DNA from: Heterodontus francisci
Lineage: Eukaryota
Length of the DNA: 64,000 nucleotides
Assembly: GCF_036365525.1 (NCBI RefSeq)
Contig: NC_090416.1
Span: 14,914,945 to 14,978,944, forward strand
Direction of reading: 5' to 3'
Part shown: positions 37,381 through 51,363 of the stretch, in pieces
Layout of the letters: every line of letters begins with the position of its first letter
Numbering within the stretch: the first letter of the stretch is position 1
Notes under the pieces: generated by a model
The model's input: only the letters and a program-made list of their open reading frames with translations
The model's database searches: none
Told to the model about the DNA's origin: nothing
Program-made: the position numbers and the translations under genes

Positions 37381-39680
37381 ACAGGAAAACCACAAAGAGC
37401 TTCCACCTCGGACATTATTTTCCAGTTCAAGTGCAAGTTAGTAAGAAATTGGGCCAGCGATTTCCACCACTCGCTGCACTTTGCACATCTCGTCGAACGC
37501 TGCCCAAGCAGAATGGGTCTTTGTGAAGTTCACAGCAAGCGCTGCGGTCACAGGCAATGCACCTCTTTACTGCCAGCACCATCTCTTACAAGATACTTGA
37601 CTCGTTTCTTTGTCATTTAAGGTCAAACATTTCTGCATCAACATTTCAAACGGTCAGTAAGTTACAACATTGTCTGCTCAATTCAGAACCAGTTCTACCA
37701 GTAATTAATTCTGCCAGGCGCTTTAAATATGGATTAATGTAACTTGCACTTTCCTCCCAGTTTCCAATCGGCGTCATTCATCTGAAGATGTCAAGCGTTG
37801 GCATGGGTTTCACAGGAATCTTCCAGAGAATTACAATGAATTTACAGCACGAGTTTAATGCTCCGATTTTCTAACTGGATCAAGTTTCCCGCCAAGTTTC
37901 CCCCCAAAAGAGAGGTTTGATCGAGCAGAAATTGCTAAGTGTTTGTAGAATGGTGCATTCTCACCCTTTCTGTCGCCAATACCATCGCAGTGATCCTGGT
38001 TCTATTTTTGATCCTCATTTCCATTTGGATTCAGAAAAGCTGCAGGTCAGGTGAGAATTATTGGTTATCTGGGACAATTTAATAATCATTACCATTCTCA
38101 CTGTATTTAACACTGTGTCAAACCCAGTTAAACACCAACACACATTCCAGTGGTATAGATGTTTTAATATTTTGCACAGTGTTTTAAGATTGATTGTAAG
38201 ACCACTCCACAATTCCCTTCTCAATATTTATGGTAAGCAACAAAGGATTCATATTTTTGTCAGCATGCAGTTTCAGCTTGAAAAGAATGTTTCGTCCCGT
38301 TGAGATCAGTGGGAGTCTATAATCATCATCTTAATTTGTATCCAATCCTCATTATCTCTGCAACGGAAAACATGGCGAATCCATCAGCTGCACTGGTATC
38401 TAATAATAGGACAAGTTAAGGTTTGGGAAGTAATGTCCTCAGCAGACACTGATCCACAAAGTAATCCCAGCTGTTAGTGATTTTATTAGAGATAGCCATA
38501 TCTTGCTGTTTAAAAAAAATGTTTACTGGTAGTCACGATTCCCCCAGTGGGGTTCCTGCTTTTAATACTTTAGCCTCAAGAATCATTAAGGAAATGCAGA
38601 AATGAGACGACATTCCTGGATAAATGTGAAGAGAATTCCAAGTTCGTTTCTAAGTGGTTTCCATCATAAGTCGTTGTTCAAAATTTATGCATATGTTTAT
38701 GTGTGCGTATGTTTGTGTTCATATATGTGCACGTCTGGGTGTGTATCTGTATTTGTGTGTGCGTGTGTGTGTGCTTTTGTGTGCTTATCTGTGTGCGTGT
38801 GTGTGTCTCTGTGTGAGTAGCCTTTACTTATTCTTGTGATGTGGGCGTACCTGATAAGACCAGCTATTATTACCCATTCCTAATTGCGGTGCGGGTACAC
38901 CCACAGTGCAGTTAGGAAGGCAGTTCCAGTATTTTGACTGAGCAACAGTAAAGGAACGGCCGTTATATTTTTGCAAGATTTGCAAGTCAGGATGGTGTTT
39001 GATTTGAAGGGGAACTTGCAGGTGATGGTGTTCCCCTGTGCTTTCTGCTGTTGTCCTTCTATGCAGGTTTACTTGTGTTTTGGTTTATGTGTGTGGTGTG
39101 TGTATGTGTGTGTCTGTGTATGTCTCTATACCTGTGTCTTTGTGCCATAACGGGATTCTGTCCCTACCTGTCTACAGCACGAAGCAGCGAGCTTGACCCC
39201 TCTTACCACCGAACAAGGTTTCCAATAATGCTCCAGACACACGAACTCTCCTGCACTGCCGCTGGGGGAGCCATAGACCCGGTTTCTATTCTCTGTCAAC
39301 AATATCCTGGGTCCATAAACCGGAATTCTTCCCTTTACCCTGGAATCACTTACACTGGCACATGACATTGGATGAAACGTCTGGATTGGTTGGACCTATA
39401 TACCGATCAGACAGTCCTGTTGCCTGAGTCGATATTTTGATTTGAAAAGGAAGCTATATTGAATTTTGACTTGAGGTATTTTATGATTTATATTTGTCGA
39501 CTGTTGGCTATAAATAGTACAAATCGTGCTTTATGGTGAACCAGTAAACTGATATAAACACGATTTAAACATTTATCTATTTACCTGTCCTAACATCCTA
39601 TCCAGGCTCAGGACAGCCCACGTGACCAGACTCTTGACACAGGCTTGGATTTTGCTGCATTGAAACGGTTAGCAATATGA
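37381..39680 (+). pseudogene. B-related pseudogene C2 (tandem duplicate of C1): TM exon 37949-38050, dead cytoplasmic exon ~38357-38400, last exon 39606-39680
   Basis: Intact 102-nt TM exon WCILTLSVANTIAVILVLFLILISIWIQKSCRSG. The middle exon has lost both splice sites. Last exon TLDTGLDFAALK, followed by sequence matching the B2 3' end (gaaggcgggt..gagaactc). Confidence 0.7.
38690..38818 (+). repeat. Degenerate (TG)n microsatellite
   Basis: Direct observation. Confidence 0.9.
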
Positions 39681-41889
39681 AGGCGGGTGAGAGACGAGAA
39701 CTCAAATGTTTTCAATTAGATTTACAAAGGATCCACTGCCGGCGGAAACAGTAATTTAACTTGGAATGTAAAGCAACGGAGACTCTCAACAAACACCTAT
39801 ACTATCTTAAACTAAGGTGGTTAACACGATTAAAAGATTCAATAGGGCAGAGAGAGAGCAAGTATTTCCATATGTCGGGGGGAGTCCAGAACAAGGGTGC
39901 AGAACCTTAAAATTACAGCCAGGCCGTTCAGGGGTGATGTCAGGAAGCACTTATTCACGCAAAGGGGAGCGTAAATCTGAAACTCTCTCCACCAAAAAGC
40001 TGTTGAGGCCGGGGCTCAATTGGAAATTTGCAAATTGATATTGATAGATTATGGTTGCCTAAGGGGTTAAAGGTTACAGAATCACTGATTTTAAATGGAG
40101 TTAAGATACAGATCAAACTGAATACTGGAACTGCCCTGAGGGGCGATACTGACATATAATAAATACATGTCCAAAGATCTCAGCTGCGAGTTGACCTGCA
40201 ACTCACTCAGAGAACTAGATTTGAGTAGATATTGCTGTTGACCGCTAGGGGAGCTCTATCTCTAGATTCCGTTCGGTGTCTCCTGAAACCCGGGGCCACC
40301 ATTCGCTTGACCGTGCATTCCCTTAAGAGCGACTCAGTTTGACCTTGGACTAATTAATTATACCGGACTGATTGATTAACCGGTCATTAAATGTGCTTAA
40401 TTCTTGAAAGATTTTGTTGCGGTCCTTTATATTTCTAAAATGAATGCATGGGGAACCCAGTTCTTTCCCCGACTACAGTGGTGAGATAGACTGCAATAGG
40501 ATTTAAAAACACTGCACATCCAGGTGTCAGAAATGGCTCAGTTGCCTCTTGAGTTAGAAGGTTGTGGGTTCCAGTACCAGTCCAGCTCTCAGAATGTCTC
40601 AAAATGCTTTACAGTCCATGAATTACTTGCGAAGTGTAGTCACGCTTGTAATGTAGGAGACCCTGCAGCCAGATTGCGCACAGCAAGCTCCCACAAACAA
40701 CAGTGTGCTAATTACCAGATAATCTGCTTTAGTGATGTTGGTTGAGAAATTAATATTGAGCAGGGCAACACTGCTCTTCTTCAAAATAGTGGCTGAGTTA
40801 TTTTGCTTCTGAGAGGGCTTAGGTTAACGTCTCATCCGAAAGCCGAGACATTTAATAGTGCAGCACTCCTTCAGTGCTGAACTGGGAGTGTATGTCTGTA
40901 TTTTGTGCTCAAGCCTCTGGAGTGGGTCTCGAACCCACAATTGTCTGAATCAGAAGTGAGCAGAAGAGGTTGTTATATTCGTTAGCTGCTGAACTGAAAA
41001 CTCTCCGAACAGAATTGTCAACAAACATGACAAATAAAGACAGAACATCCTCTACTGAACCAACCGACACCTGGTCATTCCTGGGAAGCCGTGAATACCT
41101 TGGTTGATACCTGGGAGAAGTTTAGCAAACGTTGTTCTTGTGAGTAAATCGAATCCACAGAAAAATTGTACAGACGGTATCTGTACATAAGTGTTTCAAC
41201 ATAACATACACCTTGTGGAATAGAGTTGCACACACTTATTCTGTCCCAGAATAACATGAATCCCAGTGTTGACACGTTGTAGTACATAGACACTTACCCG
41301 AATTAAATAGCATTTGCATTGATTTGCCTATTTCACCAGTCTATATATCTCATCCTGTGTCTGCTACCATTATGCTGACTACTTAATACATTACCATGTT
41401 TTGTATTATTCGTAAACATCGAAATTGTACTCTATCTCGCAAAGTCATATATATATTCCTAATTCGATGTCCTGGAGGACCCCACTGCATACTTCCCTCC
41501 AGTAAGAAAAACATCTGTTCATCACTGCTCTCTGCCTCCTATCCTTTAGCCAATTTTGTGCCCAGGTTACCAGCGTGTCTTTAATACCATGTCTTTCTAT
41601 TTGCTGAATAAATCTGTTATGAGCTATTTTGTCAAATATATAAGATATATGCATAAATTTCGTACTTAATTAATTAATTCGATAATTATATGAAGAGAAC
41701 ATTTTACAGGTCTCTGAGGAAAGGGGAGTGGGACTAGCTGGGTATCCCTGACACAAACTGAACACGGACATGGGCCGAATGACCTCCTTCTGTGCCGTAA
41801 CAATTCTATGATCCGATAACATCCAAAGCACGGCCTTCATCAAACATTTTTGTCGGTCATTCAGAAACACAATGATCTGGATTTTAACA

Positions 41890-42945
41890 GATGAAAGGGA
41901 GTCCCAACACCAGGGTCATTTGTGGGTCATGTGGCTGCGCGATGGGTGGTGGGCCTTTTGTGGCGATCTTCCGCTACATGAGCAATTCGCGCACGCTGGG
42001 CTGGGGAGCCGACCAATGACTGATGGGTTGTGGGAGCTAGTCCCAACAGCGAGATTAACGGTGCCATTTGCAAAGGTCAGTCTGCAGCCTTCATATTGGA
42101 TGCACACAGAGAAGGCAGAGGAAGGGGTCTACCAGAAGGGAACTTGTTCTGGAATGGCTGCAGTGAGAGGAAGTGTTGCTCCACATTTCAGTGACGCTTC
42201 CTGGGAGGTGTTCCTGCAGGTGGTGAGGGAACGGAGAGAGGTTCTCTTCCCAGTGGAGGAGGAGGCGAGAAAGACTCATAAAGAATGTCTGGCTAGAAGT
42301 GGCCAGGAAGTCAGCAGCTGCGGGTGGTCAGGAAAATATGGGCGCTTCAATGACCCAATAAGGCCTGGCAAGGTAAGTGGCATGAACGATGGCAAGGTGG
42401 CAGCCATGCATGTCTCATATGGCGGTCATGAGATGTGAAGCAAGGTGACCAACCCAATGCACAGGGAGTCACCAAGGACCACTATGTGCAATAAGCCTCA
42501 GAGTACTTTAAAATGTAGATGGAGGAGGAAGCGATTCAGATTGGATGGGTGGCAGCAGGTCGGCCTGTCGCAGAGGGTGAGGTGGGTGTGGAGCTCAGAC
42601 AGAGTGAGAACAGCGATGGTCATGGTGCCGAACCTTTCACTCGTGTTTGCAGTGATGTCTCTGTGGTGGCCCTTGATAATGACATGAAGCTTTGGATGCT
42701 GGACAGGCAGGATGATGTGGGTGAATATGGAGGTTGTTAACACCGTTTCGTCTCTCCTGCAGGACCAGTAGCGGATGAGGCGCCACTGTGCACATCGGAG
42801 CCACTTGAGACCTCAGAGAGGAGTCATCATTTGAGGATAGACTGTTGAAGCAGTGCAGGGCACCCTGCACCAGCAAAAATACTTTCATGTCTGTGAACAT
42901 TGATGTACCTTTAGAACGGGTGGCACCAGCTGGTGAGAATGGCAC
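41890..42945 (+). mobile_element. Harbinger-type Myb/SANT remnant, copy 3
   Basis: Near-colinear homology with 46-1120; PHFSDASWEVFLQVVRERREVLFP. Confidence 0.6.
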
Positions 42946-44149
42946 AGAAAAACCTTAGCAGCCACAGTTACATCCAATCCCCACCGGAGATGGTGTTTTG
43001 GAAGCAACTGGGGTGATGCTGAGCGAGAGAGAGAACGAGAGAGGAACCTGCCAGCAGTTGGTGTTTGGAACTAGCTGGACCCAGTAACAAAGGGTTATCC
43101 GGAACCACTGGTGCTTTCTGATTCGAAGTCACTACGCAAGAGTGCCAGTGAGGCCCATGTTTGAACTGGGGAATCCACAATCGTGAGGTGTTGAATGAGA
43201 GTTGAAGGGTTCGCCGATGTAACAACGCTAAAAGTCTCTCTCACTTATTTGGTCCCGTGTGAATGTGTTTTAATGTAACCCAAACTGCATAGATTCAGAG
43301 GCAATCAATGCCAGTTCAACAGCCTCCAAAGACAGCAGGGGGCAGAGTCTCTGCATTTAACCTGAGCTCAAGGGGGTTGTATCTGGACAATGGGAGGCAC
43401 TAGTCTTAAAATTGCACAGAATTACATCGAATTTACACCACAGAATCAGGCCATTCGGCCTATCTGGTTCGTGTGAGTGCTCCGGCTCCAGCAGAGCCGC
43501 TTCCCATTGCTCTTCAACTCACCCTATCAGCATATCCTTCTATTCCTTTCTCCCTCATATGTTTATCCAGCTTCCGTTTAAATACATCTCTGCTATTCCC
43601 TTCAACCACCAGCGATTTCCACATTCTCACCACTCTCTGGGCAAAGAGGCTTGTCCTGAATTCCTGATAGGATTTATACGTGGCCATTTTTTATTTATGG
43701 TCTCTGGTTCTGGTCTCCCTGACAAGTGGGAAAATCTTCTCTACGTCTACCCTATCACACCTTTCATAATTTTAAGGACCTCTATCAGATCATCCCTTCT
43801 CTTTTAAAGCGAAAAGAGCTCCACCCTGTGTCACATTTCACAGAGTTCACGCCCCCTTACTCAACTTGATTAGCCCGAAGGTTCACCCAAAATAATACAA
43901 GTACATTGAAAAAAGATTCCTACGGTGATTTCAGAAGTTTACACACAGCCACTTCAACAGAAAACAAAATACTGCAGGTGCTGGAAATCTGATATCAATG
44001 CTGGAAATTCCCATCAGGCCAGGCAGCATCAGTGGAAAGAGTAACAACTTGCATTTATGTAGCGTTTTTAATTTAGTAAAGCTGCAAGGCACTTCATCGG
44101 AGAGTTATTCAGACCAAATTCGACGCAAAGCCACATAAAGATATAATAG

Positions 44150-44286
44150 AAGCAAAATACTGCGGATGCTGGAAATCTGAAATAAAACAAGAAATGCTGG
44201 AACCACTCAGCAGGTCTGGCAGCATCTGTGGAAAGAGAAACAGAGTTAACGTTTCGGGTCAGTGACCCTTCATCGGAACTGGTTAT
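44150..44286 (-). mobile_element. Short Penelope-terminus-like repeat with 12-bp target-site duplication
   Basis: AAGATATAATAG at 44138-44149 and 44287-44298. Empty paralogous site at ~32776. Related copies at ~2790, ~33212, ~44742, ~46803. Confidence 0.6.
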
Positions 44287-44799
44287 AAGATATAATAGGA
44301 GAGGCAACCAAAATCATGGTAGGATTTTAGGAGCGTTTTAAAGGAGGGGAGAGAGAGAGAGAGGCGGAGGGGTTTGGGAGGGAATTCTGGAGCACAGGGC
44401 CCAGGCAGCAGAAAGTACGGACGTCAGTGGTGGAGCGATTGGAATCGGTGGATGTGGAAGAGGCCAGAAATGGGGACAGCAGTGATCCCAAAGGGTTGCA
44501 GGGGCTGTAGGAGGTTACAGATATAGGGAGAGGGTGAGTACCATGGAGGGAGTGGAAAACTAGGATGAGAATTTTAAAATGGAGGCATTGCCGGACTGGG
44601 AGTCAATGAAGGACATCGAGTGCACGCAGGGGATGGGTGAATGGGACTTGGTGTGAGTTAGGACAAGGGGCAGCAGAGTTTTCGGTGAGCTGAAACTTAT
44701 GAGAGGTTGGCCAGACTTTCATGGCGCTGACCTTTGAGCAGCTCTGATGGAAGATCATCGAAATAAAACTTTAACTCTGTTTCACTCTTTACTGACATG

Positions 44800-45955
44800 A
44801 TGAGGTGAGAGTGATTGCCTTGGATATCAAGGCAGCATTTGATCGAGTGCGGCATCAAGGAGCCCTGAGTAAAACTGAAGTCAATGGGAATCAAGGAGGA
44901 AATTCTCTGCTGGTTGGAGTCATACCTAGCACAAAGGAAGATGCTTGTGGTTGTTGGAGGGCAATCATATCACCTCCAGTACATCACTGCAGGAGTTCCT
45001 CAGGGTACTGTCCTAGGCCCAACCATCTTCAGCTGCTTTATCAATGACCTTCCCTACATCATAAGGTCAGAAGTGGCGATGTTTGCTGATGATTGTACGA
45101 TGTTCAGTATCATTCGCAACTCCTCAGATACTGAGCCAATCCGTGTCCATATGCAGCAGGAAATGGACAGCACTCAGGCTTGGGCCGATAAGTGGCAAGT
45201 AACATTCGTGCCACACGAGTGCCAGGCAATGCCCACCTCCAGCAAGAGATGATCTAACCATCTTCCCTTGATATTCAACGGCAATACCATCTCTAAGTCC
45301 CTCACCATCTTCTTCCTGCGGTTTACCATTGACCAAAAACAGCCACATAAATACTAGGGCGACAAGAGCAGGTCAGGGACTGAGAATTCTGTGGTGAGTA
45401 ACCCACCTTCTGACTCCTCAAAGCTTGTCCACCATCTACAAGGTACAAATCAGGAATGTGATGGAATACTCTTTGCTTGCCTGGATGAGTGAGGTTCCAA
45501 AAACACTCAGGAGGCTCGACACCATCCAGTACAAAGCAGCCTGCTTGATAGTCACCCATTCATCATCTTCAATATTGATTCCCTTCACCACTGACGCACA
45601 GTGGTAGCAGTATGCACTGCAGCAACTCACCAAAGCTCCTTCAACAGCACCTTCCAAACTCGCGACTGCTACCACCGAGAAGGACAGGGGCAGCAGGCGC
45701 ATGGGGACACCACCACCTGCATGTTTCCCTGAAGTCGCACATTATCCTGACTTGGAACTATACCGGCCGTTCCTTCACTGTCGCTGGGTCAAAGTCCTGA
45801 AACTCTCTTCCTAAAAGCGCTGTGGGTGTACCTACACCCCAAGGACTGCAGCTGTTCAAGAATGCCGCTCACCACCAACTTCTCAAGGCAATTAGGGATG
45901 GGCAATAAACGTTGACATAGCCAGCGATGCCCAGATCCCACGAAAGTGTAAAAAC
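44800..45955 (+). mobile_element. 5'-truncated LINE RT fragment, duplicate of the 33.3-kb copy
   Basis: ALDIKAAFDRV, GVPQGTVLGP, FADDC. Same position within the duplicated block, without the SINE. Confidence 0.88.
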
Positions 45956-47449
45956 TAAATCTCTTTGATCGGCTTGGATGGTGCAGCGTCAGAAACAAGA
46001 GGCAGCGCCACTCCATGACTATCGGACGCAACTACAAGGGCAAGATCTTGATTCTTCTCTGCCCCTCCCCCAAGAAACCATGTGGGAAACTCGAGATTAC
46101 TGGTCTAATCAGGGCCCAGAGATGACACTCCTAGAGTCGGTATTAGCATCAAGAGACCATCAAACAATGATCCATGAGGCATCAAGGGATTAAATTGTTC
46201 TTTAGGCTTTCAGTAATGCACAGTTATAAGATTCATACAGAAAATACTCAAGAAAGATTCTCGTGACAGGGTAAATGGGGAGTTCATTTTTTTCAAACTT
46301 TGCGATCAGGTTGCGTTCTATAGTCCCGTAACTGATAACACCAACAGTACGAAATCGATGGAATGAACGCGGCTAGTTCCGAAAAAAGAGTGGGACATGT
46401 ATTTATACATTAGCGTTATAAGGTCAGGACGTCCCAAAGCGCTTTGCAGCCAATGAAGTACTTTTTTCAAGGTATATTCGCTGTTTTAATGTAGTTAATG
46501 CAGTTAAATGCCTACAGTAAAATAATCGATTATCTCTCATTAATGTTCAGCTCTTCCTTTTCTAAAATCTAATTAATTCTAGTTCGCAGGTCTGTTTATT
46601 GCACAGTCCTTGAGCCTTATTTTGTATTTGACATTCTTAAACTTCCATTTTCCCCGAATTCTCCACCCCTCAAATATCTACTTACCCTATTATAGATAAG
46701 TCTGAATGGATCCTATCCACGATTGTCCAATATTACTCAGCACTTTTCCATCATCTGACTGGCATGACAATTGAAAATGTCAAAACTGAAATGGATAGAT
46801 TCTTATGAAAGGTCACTGACCTGAAACGTTAACTCTGCTTCTCTCGCCACATATGCTGCCAGACCTGCTGAGTATTTCCAGCATTTCTTGTTTTTATTTC
46901 AAATTTCCAGCATCCACAGCAGTTTGCTTTTCTTCGTCTGGATAGAATTTTATTGGGTAAGGGGATTAAGGGATATGGAACAAAGGCAGGTCGATAGGAT
47001 TAAGTCACAGATCAGGTATGATCTTATTGAATGCGGGAACAGGCTGTCGGGGCTGAATGGCTTCATCCTGTTCCTATGAATTGGTTAATATCCTGGAACC
47101 CTGAAATGAACTGCCTGTCTTCCCTGTATCAATGGTATTAAATTTCACCTGAGCAATAACCCACGAGTCCTTCTGTATTAGTGGGGATGGCTGACGTGGA
47201 CACTGCTCTCAGACTCTTTTAGCAACCATCCGATCTGCAAATCACCGAGGAACCGCTCAGTGGAGGGTATCGAGTCCTGAGTAAATTGACCTTTTAGGCT
47301 TGTACTACCTCACCTTCAAAACAAGAGGGCACCAAACAGCAGCACTCTCCATAGAAATTCACATATTCTTGTCTATGCTGCCAGGTCCTCTATTGACAAT
47401 TACCAACACAAAACATCTGATAACAATGGCAAACCAATGGCAACTCAAG

Positions 47450-47840
47450 TACTTTTTAAATGTGGTAACAGTTTCCACCTCCACCACCCTTTCACGTAGT
47501 GAGTTCCAGGTCCCTAACCACCCTCTGGGTGAAAAAAGTTTTCCTCATCTCCCCTCTAATCCTTCGACCAATTATTTTAAATCGATGCCCCCTTTTGACC
47601 CCTCTGACATTGTCCCTATTTACTCTGTCTAAGATCATAATTTTATACACCTCAATGAAGTCACCACACAGCCTTCTGTGTTCCAAGGAAAGCAACCCCA
47701 GCCGGTCCAATCTTCTCTTATAGCTAAAATTCTCCAGTCTTGGCAACAACCTCGTAAATATCCTCTGCACCTTTTCCAGTGCAATCACGTTTTTCCTGTA
47801 ATGTGGTGACCAGATCAGTACACAGTACTCAAGCTGTGGC
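47450..47840 (-). mobile_element. Old CR1 3' fragment, representative of many (e.g. 5310-5670, 6050-6430, 17290-17700, 21650-22150, 25350-25940, 53540-53980, 59140-59570)
   Basis: LEKVQRIFTRLLP..LGLLSLEHRRL.GD.IEVYKIM..FFTQRVV. Confidence 0.85.
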
Positions 47841-49133
47841 TTGGCAGTGAGGTATTCGATTAGTTAGTTTTATTTATCCAGGTTCACTTGTGTGAACAGC
47901 TGAATGGTGCTGGATATTTTAAAAAATGGGGATTATATACAGCACTACGTTGAACTTTGTTTACTCCAGTCTCTTGAAATTTCGGATAACGTTAAGTGGT
48001 TAGAATCATAGCAGGTTTAAGGTGCAGAAAGAAGCCATTTGGCCCATCGTGTCTGTGCAGGCCAAAAAACCTAAACCAATTATAATTAAAAGAGAAATTC
48101 ATGGAGTGAAATAATTCATTTGCTCTTAATCGTGTAAGGACTCCTCCTTTTCCAAAGTCCAGTCAGTTCCAATTCTAAAGTCTGTTCTTGCACTGTCCTT
48201 GAGCTTTATCTGTTTCTGTTTTACAACCCTAACCCTTCTTCATTGGTTCTGATTTCTCTATCCATCAAACCTATGCTCACCCTGTTACAGATCAGTCTTA
48301 ATGGATGCTATTTACTATTGTCTAACAGCAGGGAATATGTTTCCATTTGTGGTGCAGACAAAAACTAGGGGCTATAAATATAATACAGTCACTAATAAAT
48401 CCAAACAGGAATTCAGGAGTTCGATAGGATTAAGGCACAAATCAGGTATGATGTTAAAGAATTCAGGAGAAACTTCTTTACCCAGAGAGTGGTGAGAATG
48501 TAGAACTCCATTGGGAGTGATTGAGGTGAATAGCAGAGATGCATTTAAGGAAAAGCTGGATGAACACATGAAGGAGAAAGGAATAGAAGGCTACGCTGAT
48601 GGAGTGAAATGAAGAGTGGTGGGAGGAGGCTCGTGTGGAGCAGAAACTCCAGCATGGACCAGATGGGCCGAATGTCTGTTTCTGTGCTGTTTAGTTTAGG
48701 TTATTTTCTGGAGAAAAGGGCGAGTTCAACTTTTCTGATAGTTATAACCTCTCAGTTCTGGTATCATCCTCGTGAGTCTTTATTGCACCTTCCCTAATAC
48801 CTCTATATCCTTTCTATAATATGCAGACCAGAACTGTGCACTGTAACTCCAAGTATGTTCTAACTAATCTGAGTAGAAACGTGGGTCTTTTTGTAAAACA
48901 GATACTGTATGTTTATGTGTCAGCCCTTGACCTTGTGAAAACAGGAAACCCACAGAGAGTTCTCTACCTCGGCACTATTTACCAGACCAGTCGTGCAGTT
49001 ATTAATAAACACAGAAGCCAATTTCCGCAATCCGCTCTTCATTTCACACCTCCTTCAGCACCGATCTAACGAGAGCAATTTATCAGTGAGTTACTGACCG
49101 GTAACTCAGAGATCACCATCTGTGTCACGGACA

Positions 49134-51332
49134 ATGAGCTTCCTCGGTGTCTACGCGTTGTCCCGCCTCATCCAGGGTGAGATATCCTGATATATTCTGT
49201 TAGGGTGGAGAAGGGTTTGGTTAGAGTAAATAAGAAGGGTTTTGATACAGTAAACACGAATAATCTGTTTCCATTGGCAGGAGGGGAGGTAACCAGAGGA
49301 CACAGATTTAAGATAATTGGTAAAAGAAACCGAGGGGGAAATATGGAGAATTTCTTCACGCAATGAGTTGTTGTGACCTGGAACGCGCTCCCGGAAAAGG
49401 CGGTGGAAGCAGATTCAATAGTAACTTTCAAAAGGGGAATTGGAGAAATACCTGAAGGGGAAAAATTGCAGAACTATGGGGAAAAGGTTGGGGGGGGGCA
49501 GGGAGGGGTTGCGGGGTGGGGGACTAATTGGATAGCTCTTTCAAAGAGCCAGCACAGGCACGATGGGCAGAATGGCCTCCTTCAGTTCTGTGTAATTCGA
49601 TAAGATGTAATTAACGGCACAATTTTAATTAAGTAAAAACGAATTTATCCCGCTAAGTTGAAAACTATGTTCTCCAGTCAATGGTAATCGAATGACATGG
49701 AGTTGGATCACTAACAGCCGTGAATGGAATTTATCCGAATCTGAATTTCCTCCTGGTAGATGAGGAAAATCATAGCTGGAAAATGTAGCTTTGAAACAGG
49801 CTCTTTAAATCTCAACTTCAGACAGTTTCCATGTTCCTCCCTAGTGAGAAAACTAGGTTTGGCGGTGAATGGACTCGGTCTGCGCCTTTAGAAAGTGAGG
49901 GTAAAAACAGCGCAGTCAAAACGGCGGGCGCATAGTTATCCAGTGTTTTAATAGTGCGCGGGGCACCCGATTTTCTGACATGCGCTCCCGATGCGAATTT
50001 CAAGGCAATTTTAGATTTTTACTTATCTTGGTCAAAGGTTGTGTTCGGGGGTCCATAACCTGACGTGAATATGTTTTGTCTCCTGTTCAGTTGTTGTTTC
50101 TCAGACCGTCTTGTCCCAGTCTCCGCCGATTCAAACAGTCCATGTGGGAAGCCGTGTTAAACTGAATTGCCACACCGAGAGGGTGGTAGCTGGCTCTGTC
50201 TTCTGGTACAGACAGCAACACCAGAGGGACATGCAGTTCGTTTACAAAGTGAGCAAATACTTCTCAGCAGATGGAAGGTTTTCCGGTGAGGTTGATGATA
50301 ATTCGAGTAATTATGCTCTGGTGATTACAAATGTACAGAGGAATGATTCTGGGATGTATTATTGTGCAGTCCTCAATTACAAGAAAATGGCACGAATATT
50401 TGGAAATGGCTCCAAGATGGTGGTTACAGGTAAATCTTCATGAATATTTCATTCAGTTGTACATTTACACATCAATTAAAATGTGTCTTTTGAAACTGTT
50501 AAATCCGGGTTCCGTTTTATCTCCTCACTTTAGCGGGGTCCCCGGCCATGTTTCTCTTAACTCCGCCACCGGTTGAAATTTCCTCCATGGAAATGGTCCC
50601 ATTGATGTGTTTGGTAAGAGGCCTGTCTCCCCATTCCCCTCCCATCCGCTGGAGTGTTTCCGGACAGGTTACCGAGGGACTGAACGATTCCTGGGCAATA
50701 GACGAGGACGGGACATACAATATCAGGAGTCACATCAGCGTCCCGGCGGAAACTTGGAGCAGTGGCGTTGTCTGTATTTGCACTGTTCAAATCGACTCTG
50801 CAGAGAATCTTAGTGAAAGTGTCTCATCTCAGAGAGGTAACTATTACCAGTGACCTTTGACTAACGTATTTAATGCTGAGGTGAGGCTGATTTTATAACT
50901 GTAAAGCTTTAGATATTAGAAGCCTCTCTCTTTCTCATGTTCATACATCATGAACTCATCATTGACCTCTTGCATATCTCTCAATGTTTCAGAGTTTATC
51001 TTGCTGAATGTTAAGTTCTAATGTTCCGCTGACCCATACTTTCATAGTTGGAGATCAGTGTCTAATTGGTCAGTGCATATTTCCAGTCCGCCACTTCCTC
51101 TCAGCAAGTCTGTTAATAATTATCAATTAATTTGTCAGTCGGTCTGTCTACTTACCATCCTCAAAAATTCTGTCTGCCCTACTTAAAAAGTGTGGTGTAA
51201 CATACCTGCTTTGTTCGTCTGTCTATTTATCTATCTATCTAAAATTGTGCTCTATCTATCTATTTTGGTATCATTCTATCTCCCATTTTATCCATCCCTC
51301 CATGTATCTATCCACTTTCCATCCGCAAAATT

Positions 51333-51363
<31 letters not shown>

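Larger units (their letters stand above)
26270..46500 (+). repeat. ~10.3-kb tandem segmental duplication (~26270-36620 vs ~36625-46500)
   Basis: Colinear anchors: 26281/36638 (ccggaatgggaccattttattcc), 26855/37381, 27396/37949, 29008/39606, 33280/44800, 34870/45980. Confidence 0.85.
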
